Below are positions 51,098-62,741 of a stretch of DNA of 64,000 nt, piece after piece. Below the pieces are notes generated by a model, which made no database searches, was not told the origin of the DNA, and was given only the letters and a program-made list of their open reading frames with translations. Every line of letters starts with the position of its first letter. Within the stretch, counting starts at the first letter, position 1. Origin of the DNA: Candidatus Spongiihabitans sp. (GTDB lineage: Bacteria; Pseudomonadota; Gammaproteobacteria; Arenicellales; Poriferihabitantaceae). Position numbers and translations under genes: made by a program. The stretch spans positions 724,414 through 788,413 of the forward strand of contig NZ_OZ252047.1 of NCBI RefSeq assembly GCF_965247905.1. Reading direction: 5' to 3'.

Positions 51098-51756
51098 GAT
51101 TCGACCTCTTCAGGGGTGGATTCAGTCGGCGCGGCTTCAGTTAAAAATTCCGTTGCGCTGGGAGGGGCCGAGTCCATACTCACGATTCTTAGGCGATCCT
51201 CTCGATTGACCTGCACCTGAGAAGCGGGATTGTTGTATTTGGTGTTCGGCCGCCGGCGCATGGTCAACGCGATGGCGGCGATGATGGCGACTAGTAAAAT
51301 CAGCGCCGCGATTTCGAAGGCATAAACATACTGCGTGTAAATCCGGGCGCCCAAGGCTTTTGTATTGCTGTATTCAACCCCATATGCAGCCGGATTATTG
51401 TATTCACTAACATCAAAAGAGCCATACATTACCAAGGCAATTTCCAAAACCAGTAATACCGCGACCAAACCCCCAATTGGTAGATAACGGGTAAATCCAG
51501 CGCGTAATTTGGCCAGGTCAATATCCAGCATCATCACCACAAACAGAAACAGCACCATGACCGCGCCGACATAAACCAGCACCAGCACGATGGCCAGGAA
51601 CTCGGCTTGCAGCGTAATCCATACGCAAGCGGCGCTGAAAAACGCAAGCACCAGAAACAACGCTGATTTCACCGGATTGCGGATGGTCACCACCATGCCC
51701 GCGGCAAAAACCAGCGTTGCGCTGAAAGCGTAAAATGCGAATTGGAGAAAAGTCAT
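51094..51756 (-). CDS. nuoJ: NADH-quinone oxidoreductase subunit J
   Basis: [17 protein letters not shown]... from ATG 51756; stop overlaps the nuoK start. Confidence 0.88.
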   Translation of the reverse strand: MTFLQFAFYAFSATLVFAAGMVVTIRNPVKSALFLVLAFFSAACVWITLQAEFLAIVLVLVYVGAVMVLFLFVVMMLDIDLAKLRAGFTRYLPIGGLVAVLLVLEIALVMYGSFDVSEYNNPAAYGVEYSNTKALGARIYTQYVYAFEIAALILLVAIIAAIALTMRRRPNTKYNNPASQVQVNREDRLRIVSMDSAPPSATEFLTEAAPTESTPEEVES

Positions 51757-52094
51757 GATGAGTGGACGGTTAACCACGATTGATTAAACTTAACCCATCG
51801 CAACACGCCGTTGAAATCCAACATTGGCGGTCGGCGGATTTCATATTTTACCGCCGAGGCTGGGACGGGTTTGATGATGGTGAATTGCCCGCCGTGCGGT
51901 TGCCAAGTAAAACAATGGGAGTCGCTTGCGGCATCGTGTCCCTGGAAATTTCTCCGCGTGTTTAGTTCCCAGCGATAATCATCTGGCACGAAGCGCGTTA
52001 TTTCTGATTCAAACATAGTGAATTGCAATTGATTCATATTTCGCACTAGCACGAGCAAGCGGTAGTCCTCGTATTCGCTCAGTGAACAAAGCAC
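51753..52094 (-). CDS. hypothetical protein (113 aa), last gene of the nuoI-nuoJ insert
   Basis: No recognisable motif. Its stop TGA (51755-51753) overlaps the nuoJ ATG (51756-51754). Start is GTG 52094 or ATG 52037. Confidence 0.5.
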   Translation of the reverse strand: MLCSLSEYEDYRLLVLVRNMNQLQFTMFESEITRFVPDDYRWELNTRRNFQGHDAASDSHCFTWQPHGGQFTIIKPVPASAVKYEIRRPPMLDFNGVLRWVKFNQSWLTVHSS

Positions 52095-52322
52095 TCATAA
52101 GTCCATACATTCATCAACAACCTCATTGGCTTTCGCGAGCAACGCATCAGGCATAACACGCCGCCCGTTTGACTGAAGCAAAAACGCTTCGGTCACTATC
52201 GCCATTGCGCGCGTGACCTGTTGATCTTCACCGCGCAAGTCCAACTCTGCCAGAGCGGCGGTGATGGAGGTGAAAAGTTTGGCGGTGTTTTTCGTGTCGG
52301 CATTCATACTGTTGCGCGCCAC
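52095..52322 (-). CDS. hypothetical protein (75 aa)
   Basis: Predicted helical, acidic C-terminus, no motif. Abuts the next ORF with no gap and overlaps the upstream DUF3883 gene by 19 nt. Confidence 0.45.
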   Translation of the reverse strand: MARNSMNADTKNTAKLFTSITAALAELDLRGEDQQVTRAMAIVTEAFLLQSNGRRVMPDALLAKANEVVDECMDL

Positions 52323-53041
52323 GATATTTGAATAAACTTTCTTTTTTCTTGCTTAAATGTCAAGCCAGTGTTGATGGGGTTGCGTATCGTTATGGCGAAA
52401 GGATCCTCATTGAAATTTTTGACCACATAAATGAAATAATCGTTTCTCAATCTATCGGCGACATCATACTCCTTGCTAGTGAGAACAATGTTGCCGGAAA
52501 TCGTGGCCAGCCCCTTGACTTCAACAGCAACAAAACTGTCTTGGGACGTTAATCGATGGAGCCGGAAATCGTAGCCACAACCTGTGTGGGTAACATCCTC
52601 TGCTCTTGTATCGAAAAATTCGCGTTCTGCTTGATAGTTTTGCGAGAAAAAGTTTTCCGCCGCTCGGCCGGTCAGAAGCCTCTTGGCGAAAGACTTGATT
52701 TCTTGTTCTGAGGTCTGGTCAGATATATTTATCGTGCCACCGGTGATGCGAATAATGAGCGAAAGCAACTCATCAATATCTCGGTCTTTGAATCTTTCAT
52801 AAATACACTTGCAGTGATCTCGCACGGGTCTGCCTCGCCAGCCTTTCCGCGCATTTGGAAATAATGGATCAAGCTCATCGCGATAGTTTTTTATGGACGT
52901 CGGTTTGGCGCCGATGGACAACCCCAAGACATTGTATGCCTCGTTGAATGAATCGAACCCCATGAGATCTAACCCTTGCTTGTCATGTTGAGCAAGATAT
53001 AAGCCGCACAAAATTGCTTTCTCGCGCACGCTTAACTTCAT
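52304..53041 (-). CDS. DUF3883-type (PD-(D/E)xK-like) restriction-endonuclease-like protein
   Basis: C-terminal GCGYDFRL...FVAVEVKGLATISGNIVLTSKEYDVADRLRNDYFIYVVKNF fits the DUF3883 pattern (GYD...EVK...S..E...A....Y.LY.V). The N-terminal ~100 aa are unassigned. Confidence 0.65.
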   Translation of the reverse strand: MKLSVREKAILCGLYLAQHDKQGLDLMGFDSFNEAYNVLGLSIGAKPTSIKNYRDELDPLFPNARKGWRGRPVRDHCKCIYERFKDRDIDELLSLIIRITGGTINISDQTSEQEIKSFAKRLLTGRAAENFFSQNYQAEREFFDTRAEDVTHTGCGYDFRLHRLTSQDSFVAVEVKGLATISGNIVLTSKEYDVADRLRNDYFIYVVKNFNEDPFAITIRNPINTGLTFKQEKRKFIQISWRATV

Positions 53042-53493
53042 AAGGCATGCCCGCCGCTGTGGGAAGCCAACTGCCGAACATTCTCCAGCACCGCCGCTTG
53101 CGGTTTCTTTTTTTCAAGTATTCGCACAATGTCAAAAAACAGCGTCCCGCGAATATCGTCAAAGCCACGTCGCTTGCCGATGATGCTAAATGGCTGGCAG
53201 GGAAACCCGGCGCACATTAGATCGTGGTTTGGAACGTCCTCGGCGGCAATCCGCTTTATATCGCCGTGTGGCCACATTCCAAAGTTTTCGGCATAGGTCG
53301 CGCGCGCAGGTTCATCAATATCCGAAGCGAACACGCATTGCATACCGTTTGCAACGGCAGCCAGGTGAAAACCGCCGATGCCGCAGAATAGATCGACAAA
53401 GGTTTTCACGCGCAACCTCGACGAAAGCCAACTGCGCAGTGGTTGTCGGCAAAAAGCGTGCGGTCGTGAATTTCCGATTGCATAACTAGTCAA
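53038..53493 (-). pseudogene. DNA (cytosine-5) methyltransferase, N-terminal fragment only (motifs I-VI)
   Basis: FVDLFCGIGGF (motif I), GFPCQPFS (motif IV), AVLENVRQLASHSGG (motif VI). It ends after 151 aa with the stop overlapping the next ATG. No TRD or motifs VIII-X. Confidence 0.75.
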
Positions 53494-53503
53494 GACCTAT
53501 TTT

Positions 53504-55018
53504 CTATTTATCCAACAAACTTTTAGGCATCAATTCTTCCTGAAACGCCTCCCCGGTGCGCGGATGCGCGAGCGGCGGCATTATCGGCTCAATGTTCTGA
53601 AAATGCTCGTCAATGGTGTACATGATCAAGCGGTTATATTCCTTCGCGCCCACTTGCAGTGTTCCCGCTTGGGCGATACATTTTCTGACTGATGGCGTAT
53701 CCCATTTTTCCAAAGTAATGAACACACCAATCGCCGCTTTGCCGCTGGCGAGCATGCCGAAAAAAGCGCGCAAAGAATCGATGCTCGGCTTGCCGCCTTT
53801 CACTTGCGCGATACACAAATTCTGTTCTTTCCCCGCGCCATAAATCAGCGCGCGCCCATCGATGCCGCCATCGCCGCGTTGCACTGCGTTCGGCGCAAAG
53901 CCGGGGATGCGCGTGACCGCCCACTTCTCGAAATCAAACGGGTTTCTCTCGGCAAAATCGACCGCCCCTTTCAAGTCTTTTGACACTCCCGCTAAATCGA
54001 TGCGCAAATCTTTCATGCGCTCGCGCCGCACCACTTCAATAGCATATGCGGAAATATCGATGCCAATCCAATCGCGTTTCAATAGATGCGCGGCTTCAAT
54101 CGTGGTGCCGCACCCGCAAAATGGATCCAATACCAGATCGCCTTCGTTGCTACTCGCCATAACAATTCGTTTCAGCAAGGCAAGCGGCTTTTGCGTTGGG
54201 TAGCCGAGACGTTCTTTATTTGTAGGCCCTCCTAAAATTTTAATATCAGACCACCAATCCGTCATAGACGGATTCCCTCCCTTGAATTCTTGAGGTGAAA
54301 GTCCCGAGGGAATCTTGCCCGTATTGACTGCGCGGTTATACTTTTCCCAGTCAAAAACAGTGACCATGTTCTTTGATAGGTTTGCGTTATAGCCTTTGCG
54401 CAGCCCGCTATCAAATGTCTTTTTTGAGCCTTCCGTAGGTTTGCCTAATTGAACGTTGAATTTAGCCTTGGGCGATTTAAAATAAAATAAAATAACATCA
54501 TGTTTTTGTTGCCATTTACTCGCCTTTGAAGGCATCCCCCTATAACACCAAATAATTTCATTCCTGAAATTCCCTTTGCCAAACACCTCATCCATAATGA
54601 GTTTTAAATAGTGCGACGCAGTCGGGTCGCAATGCAAATACATGCTACCGGTATTCTTCAACAAGCGATGCATCGCGGCAATCCGTTCGGCCATATACGA
54701 AAGATACGAAAGCATGCCGCTGCCGTCCGGATAGATTTCGCTGAATGCGCGAATGGCGCGATGCGCCGGGTGGGCAATCGCGCTGTTTATCAAATCGACG
54801 CGCCGCTCGGCATCGATGTCCCATTCCCAAGTGTCGGTGAATGCGGTCAGTTGGGCGAGGTCGTTTTTATCGCCGCCATTCCTTTGCGTGCCGAAAAGAA
54901 TGTTGTAGTTCGCCTTGCTGTTGAACGGCGGGTCCAGGTAAATCAAGTCAACAGAGTTGTCGTCCCATTTGCCCATTACCTCCAAACAATCGCCGTAGTA
55001 AAGCGTGTTTTTTTTCAT
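53504..55018 (-). CDS. beta-class DNA methyltransferase fused to a C-terminal Mrr-like (PD-(D/E)xK) restriction endonuclease domain
   Basis: VDLIYLDPPFNSKANY, YPTQKPLALLKRIV, DLVLDPFCGCGTT. C-terminus QRGDGGIDGRALIYG...CIAQVKGGKPSIDSLRAFFGML...IGVFITLEKW (Mrr_cat-like D...QxK). Confidence 0.8.
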   Translation of the reverse strand: MKKNTLYYGDCLEVMGKWDDNSVDLIYLDPPFNSKANYNILFGTQRNGGDKNDLAQLTAFTDTWEWDIDAERRVDLINSAIAHPAHRAIRAFSEIYPDGSGMLSYLSYMAERIAAMHRLLKNTGSMYLHCDPTASHYLKLIMDEVFGKGNFRNEIIWCYRGMPSKASKWQQKHDVILFYFKSPKAKFNVQLGKPTEGSKKTFDSGLRKGYNANLSKNMVTVFDWEKYNRAVNTGKIPSGLSPQEFKGGNPSMTDWWSDIKILGGPTNKERLGYPTQKPLALLKRIVMASSNEGDLVLDPFCGCGTTIEAAHLLKRDWIGIDISAYAIEVVRRERMKDLRIDLAGVSKDLKGAVDFAERNPFDFEKWAVTRIPGFAPNAVQRGDGGIDGRALIYGAGKEQNLCIAQVKGGKPSIDSLRAFFGMLASGKAAIGVFITLEKWDTPSVRKCIAQAGTLQVGAKEYNRLIMYTIDEHFQNIEPIMPPLAHPRTGEAFQEELMPKSLLDK

Positions 55019-55058
55019 GTCTGTAATTTCTCTGATGCAGTTTGCATTTGCGGCGCGT

Positions 55059-55565
55059 TCACCGATACGGCGCGTCCTGTTTGCGCGCCGCGGCGATTTC
55101 CTGTTCGTGTTTGTCGCCGATTTCCAGCAAGCCTTGTTTGTCGATTATGCACTCGCTATTTTTCTCCATGTGAAATTCGTGGATGTCGGTCATGACGATG
55201 GCATCCACCGGACACGCTTCCTCGCAAAAACCGCAATAAACGCATTTGAATAAGTCTATGTCATATCTGGTGGTGCGGCGCGTGCCGTCTTCACGCTCTT
55301 CGGAGTCGATGGTAATTGCCAAAGCAGGGCAGACGGCTTCACACAATTTACAGGCAATGCAGCGTTCTTCACCATTGGCATAACGTCGCAATGCATGCAG
55401 CCCGCGAAATCTCGGCGATTTCGGGGTTTTTTCTTCGGGATACATGATGGTGGTTTTCTTGCGAAACAATTGTCGACCGGTCACCCCGAGCCCGGCTCGC
55501 AACTCTTGCAGTGAAAAAGTTTTGTACCACTGTTTGCACGCGTTTATTATTTGTGGCAGCCGCAT
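55059..55565 (-). CDS. nuoI: NADH-quinone oxidoreductase subunit I
   Basis: Two CxxCxxCxxxCP ferredoxin motifs ([24 protein letters not shown]). Confidence 0.93.
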   Translation of the reverse strand: MRLPQIINACKQWYKTFSLQELRAGLGVTGRQLFRKKTTIMYPEEKTPKSPRFRGLHALRRYANGEERCIACKLCEAVCPALAITIDSEEREDGTRRTTRYDIDLFKCVYCGFCEEACPVDAIVMTDIHEFHMEKNSECIIDKQGLLEIGDKHEQEIAAARKQDAPYR

Positions 55566-55615
55566 AATTTGTGCCTATATTGATGAATGTGATTCACTTG
55601 TCGAACATGATTGCG

Positions 55616-56662
55616 TTATTGGAAGATATACCCAAATGGGGTGTAAAACTTGCCTAGCCCAATGACCGCAATCCAAACCAGCGTCACCGGAATCAAGACT
55701 TTCCAGCCCAACCGCATAATCTGATCGTAGCGATAGCGAGGGAAAGTCGCTCTGAACCACAAAAAGAAAAATGCGACAAAGGCAGTTTTGATGCCAAACC
55801 AAAATAGCGGTGGCATCCAGGTAAAAGGCGCGACCTCAACCGGCGGCAGCCAACCACCCAGGAACATCAGCACGGCCAGGGCGGCAATCAGAAGCATGTT
55901 GGCATATTCGGCTAAAAAGAATACCGCAAAAGCCATGCCCGAATATTCAACATGAAAACCGGCGACGATTTCTGATTCGCCCTCGGCAACATCAAACGGC
56001 GCGCGGTTGGTTTCCGCCACACCAGAAATAAAGTACACAATAAACAATGGAAACAAAGGCAAAAAGTACCATTGCCAGAACCCGCCGGATTGATGCAGCA
56101 CAATTTCCCGCAAGTTGAGGCTGCCAGCCACCATTAAAACCCCGACCAGCGCGAAACCCATGGCGATTTCATAAGCCACGATTTGTGCCGCCGAGCGCAT
56201 GGCGCCCAGAAAAGCGTACTTGGAATTTGAAGCCCAACCGGCGATGATGACCCCGTAGACGCCCATGGAAGTGAGGGCAAGCACATACAACAAACTGGCA
56301 TCGATATTCGCTAACACCAGAAAATCTGTAAAGGGCATCACCGCCCAGGCGGCCAGCGCCGGCGCCAGAGACAGAATCGGGGCAATCAAAAACAGAAATT
56401 TATTTGATTTGGCGGGAATGATGATTTCCTTCATCAACAATTTCAGGGCATCGGCAATCGGCTGAAGCCAGCCTTTGGGCCCGACACGATTTGGCCCCAC
56501 CCGCGTTTGCATATAGCCAATCACCTTGCGCTCGGCGAAGGTGAAATAGGCGACGCTGAGCATCAATGGCAACAGAATCGCCATAATCTTGATGACGACC
56601 CAGGAGGTTGTTTGGATTGCTTCGGGCAGCCACCCGGTCCAGGCGAGATAAACCTCGTGCAT
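55616..56662 (-). CDS. nuoH: NADH-quinone oxidoreductase subunit H
   Basis: [11 protein letters not shown]...[19 protein letters not shown]...; ATG 56662 follows the nuoG stop. The track's extension overlaps nuoG. Confidence 0.92.
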   Translation of the reverse strand: MHEVYLAWTGWLPEAIQTTSWVVIKIMAILLPLMLSVAYFTFAERKVIGYMQTRVGPNRVGPKGWLQPIADALKLLMKEIIIPAKSNKFLFLIAPILSLAPALAAWAVMPFTDFLVLANIDASLLYVLALTSMGVYGVIIAGWASNSKYAFLGAMRSAAQIVAYEIAMGFALVGVLMVAGSLNLREIVLHQSGGFWQWYFLPLFPLFIVYFISGVAETNRAPFDVAEGESEIVAGFHVEYSGMAFAVFFLAEYANMLLIAALAVLMFLGGWLPPVEVAPFTWMPPLFWFGIKTAFVAFFFLWFRATFPRYRYDQIMRLGWKVLIPVTLVWIAVIGLGKFYTPFGYIFQ

Positions 56663-56667
56663 CGCGC

Positions 56668-59136
56668 TCACGCCCGCTTCGCCTTGCTGACGGCCTTGAC
56701 GGCGACCACGCCGTGCGCGCCGAGCGCGGTCGTCTCCGAAAATCCCGCCGGCACATAAACGCAATCAGGCGGAATGCGCTCGTCCGCCTGCAACGGCAAG
56801 GTGGCGCTGCCGCCAAAGTCGTCGCCGTTTCGCACCACCACTTGCTCGACGGCGGCGAGGCCGAGGCGGTCGATCATGGCGCGGTTCATGCGCGCCGCAG
56901 GCGGCGGGTTGTCGGCGGTTTTTTGTAGCGCCGCCGCGTTACGCACGGTTTGGTCGCCGCGATACATCGGCATATCCAGCAACCTGCGCAGGTCGCCGTT
57001 GCCGCGCTTGGCGCGCCGCGGCACGGGTATCTTCCAGGCCGCGGGCGCGGCGATGTCGCCGCCCGCATCAAGCTCCGCGCTCACCTGCGCCAGCGAGACA
57101 AAATCAAAGCCGGGCAGGTCGAGGAAGTTGCCCAGCACGCGCAGGATTTTCCAGGCCGGGCGAGATTCCCGCGGTGGAGCAGTGGCCGCTGCGGCGTGCT
57201 GCACCCGGCCTTCGCAGTTGACGAAGGCGCCGGCGGTTTCGGTGAAGGCCGCCATCGGCAGCAGCACATCGGCGTAGTCCAACGCGCCCGCGTTTTGGTA
57301 GGCGGTGATGGACACCACGAACTTCGCGGCGCTGAGCGCGGCGGCGGCGGCGCGGCCGTCCAGGGCATCGAGTTCGGGCTCGCTGGCAAGCAACAGGTAA
57401 GCGCGGCGCGGTTGGGCGAACATCGCGGCGGCGTTGTGTCCGGCCCGCGCCACCGCGGCTCCGCCCGGGCCGCGGTGCGGCAGGCAGCCGGCCCGCCAGG
57501 CCGCCACGCTGTTGCCCGGCGCGAGCGTCGCCAAGCGGTTGCCGGTGGCGTCGCAAATCCATCTCGCGATGGCTCTCAGTACGCTGGCGTCTTGGTGCTG
57601 CTGCGCCAACGCACCGAGGATGACCACGCCGTCGGCGGCCGATTCCACCAAGGCCTGAGCAATGACCTGAGCGATGGCGCCGGGCTCAAATCGGCGCATT
57701 GCCACGCCTTGCTCAGGTCCTTGCTTAGGGGAGTAGAACCGTTTTTTGCGGCGCGCCTCACCGGACCAGCGCGCGATTTCACCGGGTAATGCGCCGCCGC
57801 TGGCCTTGGCGACTTCCACGGCCACGGCCGCAAAGCAGGCCGCCATATGCTCGCCGACCGGGGTCTGCGATTCCACTGCAAAATTTTGCGGGTATTGGAT
57901 CGGGTTGATGCAGTGTATGCGCGCGCCGTCGCCATGATTGGATTTGCGCGTGGCGGCGCGCAACCTCAGGGCCAGCAACGGCTGCTCCTTGCGGATATTG
58001 GAGCCGACCAGCAACGCGGCGCGCACCGCGTCGAATTGCGCAATCGGCAACTCCGAGACCGGGGGTGGCGCATGTGCGTCATCGCGGAAATCGCACTGCT
58101 GCACGCGATGATCAACATTATTGCAACCATACGCGCGCGCGAGTTTTTGCAGCAGGTAATACTCTTCCATGGTGGAGGTGTAACCGGCCAGCGCACCGAG
58201 CTGGTCGCCGTCGCCGGCGATGGCCGCGCGCATGCCGTCGGCGGTATGTTGCAGCGCCGTCTCCCAGTCCACTTCACGCCATTTGCCGCGAGATTTGATC
58301 ATCGGCGCGCCCAGCCGCCGCGCGCTGTTGACCGCTTCATAACTATATCGGTCGCGGTCGGCCAGCCAGCAGTCATTGACTTGCGGGTTGTCGCGCGGTA
58401 GCACGCGCTCGACCCGGCCGCGCAAGGTTTGAATATTAATATTGGCGCCGACGCAGTCGTGCGGACTAATGCCTGGGTGGTTTTGCAACTCCCACGGGCG
58501 CGCGGCGAAGCGATACGGTTTTGATGTTAATGCCCCGACCGGACACAGATCAATCATGTTGCCGGACACTTCCGAGTCCACCGAGCGGTTCAAGAAGGTG
58601 CCGATGTAAGCCGATTCGCCGCGCCCCGGCATGCCCATTTCCATCACCCCGGCGACTTCCTCGCCAAACCGCACACAGCGGGTGCAGTGAATACATCGGG
58701 TCATTTCCGTGGCAACCAGCGGGCCGATGTCGTGGCTTGGCACGGCGCGTTTTTTCTCCAGGAATCTGGAGTCATCGTTGCCATAGCCCATGGCTTGGTC
58801 TTGCAACGGACATTCGCCGCCTTGGTCGCACACCGGGCAATCCAAAGGATGATTGATCAGCAAAAATTCCATCGTGCCCCGCTGCGCCGCCTGCGCGTAT
58901 TTTGATTGGGTAAACACTTTCATGCCGTCCATCACCGGCGTCGCGCAGGCCGGCAGTGGCTTGGGCGCGCCCGCCACTTCCACCAGGCACATTCTGCAGT
59001 TGGCGGCGATGGACAATTTTTCGTGGTAGCAAAACCGAGGGATATAAATGTCGTTTCTGTCGGTGACACAAATCAGCATTTCACCGGCCTGAGCCGGCAG
59101 GGATTTGCCGTCCACTTCTATAGTTACTGTGGTCAT
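56668..59136 (-). CDS. nuoG: NADH-quinone oxidoreductase subunit G
   Basis: N-terminal 2Fe-2S/4Fe-4S Cys clusters ([15 protein letters not shown]...C; [14 protein letters not shown]; [10 protein letters not shown]). The C-terminal ~550 aa are Ala/Arg/Gly-rich. Confidence 0.92.
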   Translation of the reverse strand: MTTVTIEVDGKSLPAQAGEMLICVTDRNDIYIPRFCYHEKLSIAANCRMCLVEVAGAPKPLPACATPVMDGMKVFTQSKYAQAAQRGTMEFLLINHPLDCPVCDQGGECPLQDQAMGYGNDDSRFLEKKRAVPSHDIGPLVATEMTRCIHCTRCVRFGEEVAGVMEMGMPGRGESAYIGTFLNRSVDSEVSGNMIDLCPVGALTSKPYRFAARPWELQNHPGISPHDCVGANINIQTLRGRVERVLPRDNPQVNDCWLADRDRYSYEAVNSARRLGAPMIKSRGKWREVDWETALQHTADGMRAAIAGDGDQLGALAGYTSTMEEYYLLQKLARAYGCNNVDHRVQQCDFRDDAHAPPPVSELPIAQFDAVRAALLVGSNIRKEQPLLALRLRAATRKSNHGDGARIHCINPIQYPQNFAVESQTPVGEHMAACFAAVAVEVAKASGGALPGEIARWSGEARRKKRFYSPKQGPEQGVAMRRFEPGAIAQVIAQALVESAADGVVILGALAQQHQDASVLRAIARWICDATGNRLATLAPGNSVAAWRAGCLPHRGPGGAAVARAGHNAAAMFAQPRRAYLLLASEPELDALDGRAAAAALSAAKFVVSITAYQNAGALDYADVLLPMAAFTETAGAFVNCEGRVQHAAAATAPPRESRPAWKILRVLGNFLDLPGFDFVSLAQVSAELDAGGDIAAPAAWKIPVPRRAKRGNGDLRRLLDMPMYRGDQTVRNAAALQKTADNPPPAARMNRAMIDRLGLAAVEQVVVRNGDDFGGSATLPLQADERIPPDCVYVPAGFSETTALGAHGVVAVKAVSKAKRA

Positions 59137-60494
59137 GCGGCGTTGGCGGGGTTGGCTGCCGCTCCTGCGCGTCCTGCGCTCGCGGCATACAGGCCATCCG
59201 TGGCCATAACTTTCGCTTCAAACTCGTGGCCGAAATGCTTCAGGAAACTTTGCACCGGCCAGGCCGCGGCGTCGCCCAAGGCGCAAATGGTGCGGCCCTC
59301 AATGCGGTTGGCGACATCCAGCAGGGTGTCCAGGTCTGACATCACGCCCCGGCCATTGTTTATGCGCTTGATAATGCGATATAGCCAGCCGGTGCCTTCG
59401 CGGCATGGCGTGCACTGGCCGCAGGATTCCTCAAAGTAAAAATAAGCGATCCGTTCCAGCACTTTGACCATATCGGTGGTTTCATCCATGATAATGACCG
59501 AACCGGCGCCGACCGCCGAGCCGTGTTGCTGCAGCGAATCGTAGTCCATGTTCGCTTGCATAATATTTATCGCCGGCATCACCGGCACCGACGAGCCGCC
59601 GGGAATCACCGCTTTCAATTTCCGCCCTTTCCAAACGCCGCCGGCCATTTTCAAAAGTTCGCTAAACGGCGTGCCCATTTTAATTTCATAGTTGCCCGGT
59701 AGTTCGACATGACCGGTCACCGAGAACACTTTCACGCCGCCGGCGTTTTCCACGCCCAGATTCTTGAACCATTGGCTATCCATCCATTTGCCGTTGCCGC
59801 GCAAAATCGCCGGCACCGAGGCGAACGATTCGGTGTTGTTGATCGTGGTCGGTTTGCCATATAACCCGAATGCGGCGGGGAATGGCGGCTTGAAGCGCGG
59901 CTCGCCTTTGAAGCCTTCCAAGGAATTGAGCAAGGCGGTTTCTTCGCCGCAAATATAAGCGCCCGCGCCTAAATGGCTGTACAGGTTGAAATCGAAACTG
60001 GAGTCCAGCACATTGCGCCCCAGATACCCGGCTTGGCCGGCTTCTTTCATGGCCCGTTCCATGGCCTCATAGGGCTGCCAAAATTCGCCGCGAATATAGT
60101 TGTATCCAACAGTCGCACCCATCACATAGCCGCCGATGACCATGCCTTCGATCAACGCATGCGGGTTGAATCGGAGAATATCCCGATCCTTGCAGGTGCC
60201 CGGCTCGCCTTCGTCGGAGTTGCAAATCACATATTTTTGACCGTCGGCGTCGCGCGGCATAAAGCCCCACTTCACCCCCACCGGAAAGCCGGCGCCGCCG
60301 CGCCCGCGCAGGTTTGACGCTTTCAAGGCTTCGATGATTTCGCCCGCCGGCGTTTGCTCGCGCAGGATTTTTTCCAGGGCCTGATAGCCGCCGTTCGCTT
60401 GATAGCTTTTCAGGGTCCAGGGCTGGTCTATGGACGAATCCGGCAAACACACGTTGTATGCCTTACGCACCGTATTAAATTCAATTTCGATCAC
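59133..60494 (-). CDS. nuoF: NADH-quinone oxidoreductase subunit F
   Basis: [13 protein letters not shown] (FMN site) and [12 protein letters not shown] (4Fe-4S). Confidence 0.95.
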   Translation of the reverse strand: MIEIEFNTVRKAYNVCLPDSSIDQPWTLKSYQANGGYQALEKILREQTPAGEIIEALKASNLRGRGGAGFPVGVKWGFMPRDADGQKYVICNSDEGEPGTCKDRDILRFNPHALIEGMVIGGYVMGATVGYNYIRGEFWQPYEAMERAMKEAGQAGYLGRNVLDSSFDFNLYSHLGAGAYICGEETALLNSLEGFKGEPRFKPPFPAAFGLYGKPTTINNTESFASVPAILRGNGKWMDSQWFKNLGVENAGGVKVFSVTGHVELPGNYEIKMGTPFSELLKMAGGVWKGRKLKAVIPGGSSVPVMPAINIMQANMDYDSLQQHGSAVGAGSVIIMDETTDMVKVLERIAYFYFEESCGQCTPCREGTGWLYRIIKRINNGRGVMSDLDTLLDVANRIEGRTICALGDAAAWPVQSFLKHFGHEFEAKVMATDGLYAASAGRAGAAANPANAA

Positions 60495-60976
60495 GTCAAC
60501 GCCTGCAAGATTGTGTCGATTTTTTCCGGGCTCAGATTTTCATAGTAATCGCGGCCGATTTGCATCATCGGCGCGCCGGCGCAGGCCGCCAGACATTCCA
60601 CTTCCTTTAAAGTGAATCTGCCGTCGTCGGTGGTTTCGCCGAAGCCAATACCCAATTTATCCTGCAAATGATCGACGATTTGGTCGCAGCCGCGCAACAT
60701 GCACGAGATGTTGGTGCACACGCTGATCTTATGCTCGCCGACCGGTTTTAGATCGTACATCGAATAAAATGTTGCCACCTCGTAGGCGCGCACCGGCGGC
60801 ACGCCGATGACCTCGGCGACATGTTCAATCATCTCATCCGACAGCCAACCGTGTTCCTCCTGCGCGATTCGCAACGCCGCCATCAACGCTGACTGCCGCC
60901 GATCTGGCGGGTATTTAGCAAGTTCATTATCGATTTCCCGCAATGAAGCGTCGGAGAGCAATGCTTTGTCTAGCAT
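60491..60976 (-). CDS. nuoE: NADH-quinone oxidoreductase subunit E
   Basis: [11 protein letters not shown]...[12 protein letters not shown] (2Fe-2S). Confidence 0.93.
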   Translation of the reverse strand: MLDKALLSDASLREIDNELAKYPPDRRQSALMAALRIAQEEHGWLSDEMIEHVAEVIGVPPVRAYEVATFYSMYDLKPVGEHKISVCTNISCMLRGCDQIVDHLQDKLGIGFGETTDDGRFTLKEVECLAACAGAPMMQIGRDYYENLSPEKIDTILQALT

Positions 60977-60995
60977 AATATTATCGGTCTATACA

Positions 60996-62249
<1,254 letters not shown>

Positions 62250-62270
62250 GATCGTGTTGGTATTATTTTG

Positions 62271-62660
62271 TTATTTAGTTTTTTTGCATTTTGTACGAAG
62301 CGATGGTGCTACGAAGTCCTCGCTTCCGTAGTAGTAATACAGCCCATCGCCGTCTGGCTTGATAACGAAGGCAGATTTATATACGTAATTATCCAGATCC
62401 AAGTCAAAGTTCCAGCGATGCGAGATTCCCTGCTGATAGTAAGATGCTTCTTTGCGGATTCCGTTGGCTTCGATTCTTCCGGCATCAGGTTCGCCGTTTG
62501 GGTTTTTATAAACCCATGTTTTTATAATAGGAACATTTGAATCCGATAAGAATTCAAAACAATCCCAACGTGCCGCAATGGTTGGCTCTTGCGCGCTACT
62601 TAAAACACTTGCGCTAAATAAAAACAAAAACGACGCGATACGATATTGGTGTTTATTCAT
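62271..62660 (-). CDS. hypothetical secreted protein (129 aa) inserted between nuoC and nuoD
   Basis: Signal-peptide-like MNKHQYRIASFLFLFSASVLSSAQE. GAGGA RBS upstream. AT-rich; no known motif. Confidence 0.55.
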   Translation of the reverse strand: MNKHQYRIASFLFLFSASVLSSAQEPTIAARWDCFEFLSDSNVPIIKTWVYKNPNGEPDAGRIEANGIRKEASYYQQGISHRWNFDLDLDNYVYKSAFVIKPDGDGLYYYYGSEDFVAPSLRTKCKKTK

Positions 62661-62713
62661 GAAATTTTTTCCTCACTATTAATGACAAGGGCTATTGCCC
62701 TTGGGTTTAATAG

Positions 62714-62741
62714 CTGGATTCCCGCCTGCGGCGAGAATGAC
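62714..62741 (-). repeat. Hairpin repeat of the GTCATT-CTCGCC-GCAG-GCGGG-AATCCAG type
   Basis: ctggattcccgcctgcggcgagaatgac, same core as 21248, 21733 and 29040. Confidence 0.9.

Noticed and set aside
55616-56764. 382-aa version of NuoH, and the 297-aa version of NuoC (62857..63750)
   Set aside because: The N-terminal extensions overlap the upstream genes (nuoG, nuoB) and are Arg-rich nonsense. The internal ATGs at 56662 and 63492 give canonical N-termini.
56774-58401. Many long ORFs on both strands within nuoG (e.g. 56950..57789+, 57847..58401+, 57104..57562-)
   Set aside because: They are artefacts of 70-80% GC (few stop codons). Only the NuoG frame has recognisable motifs and operon context.
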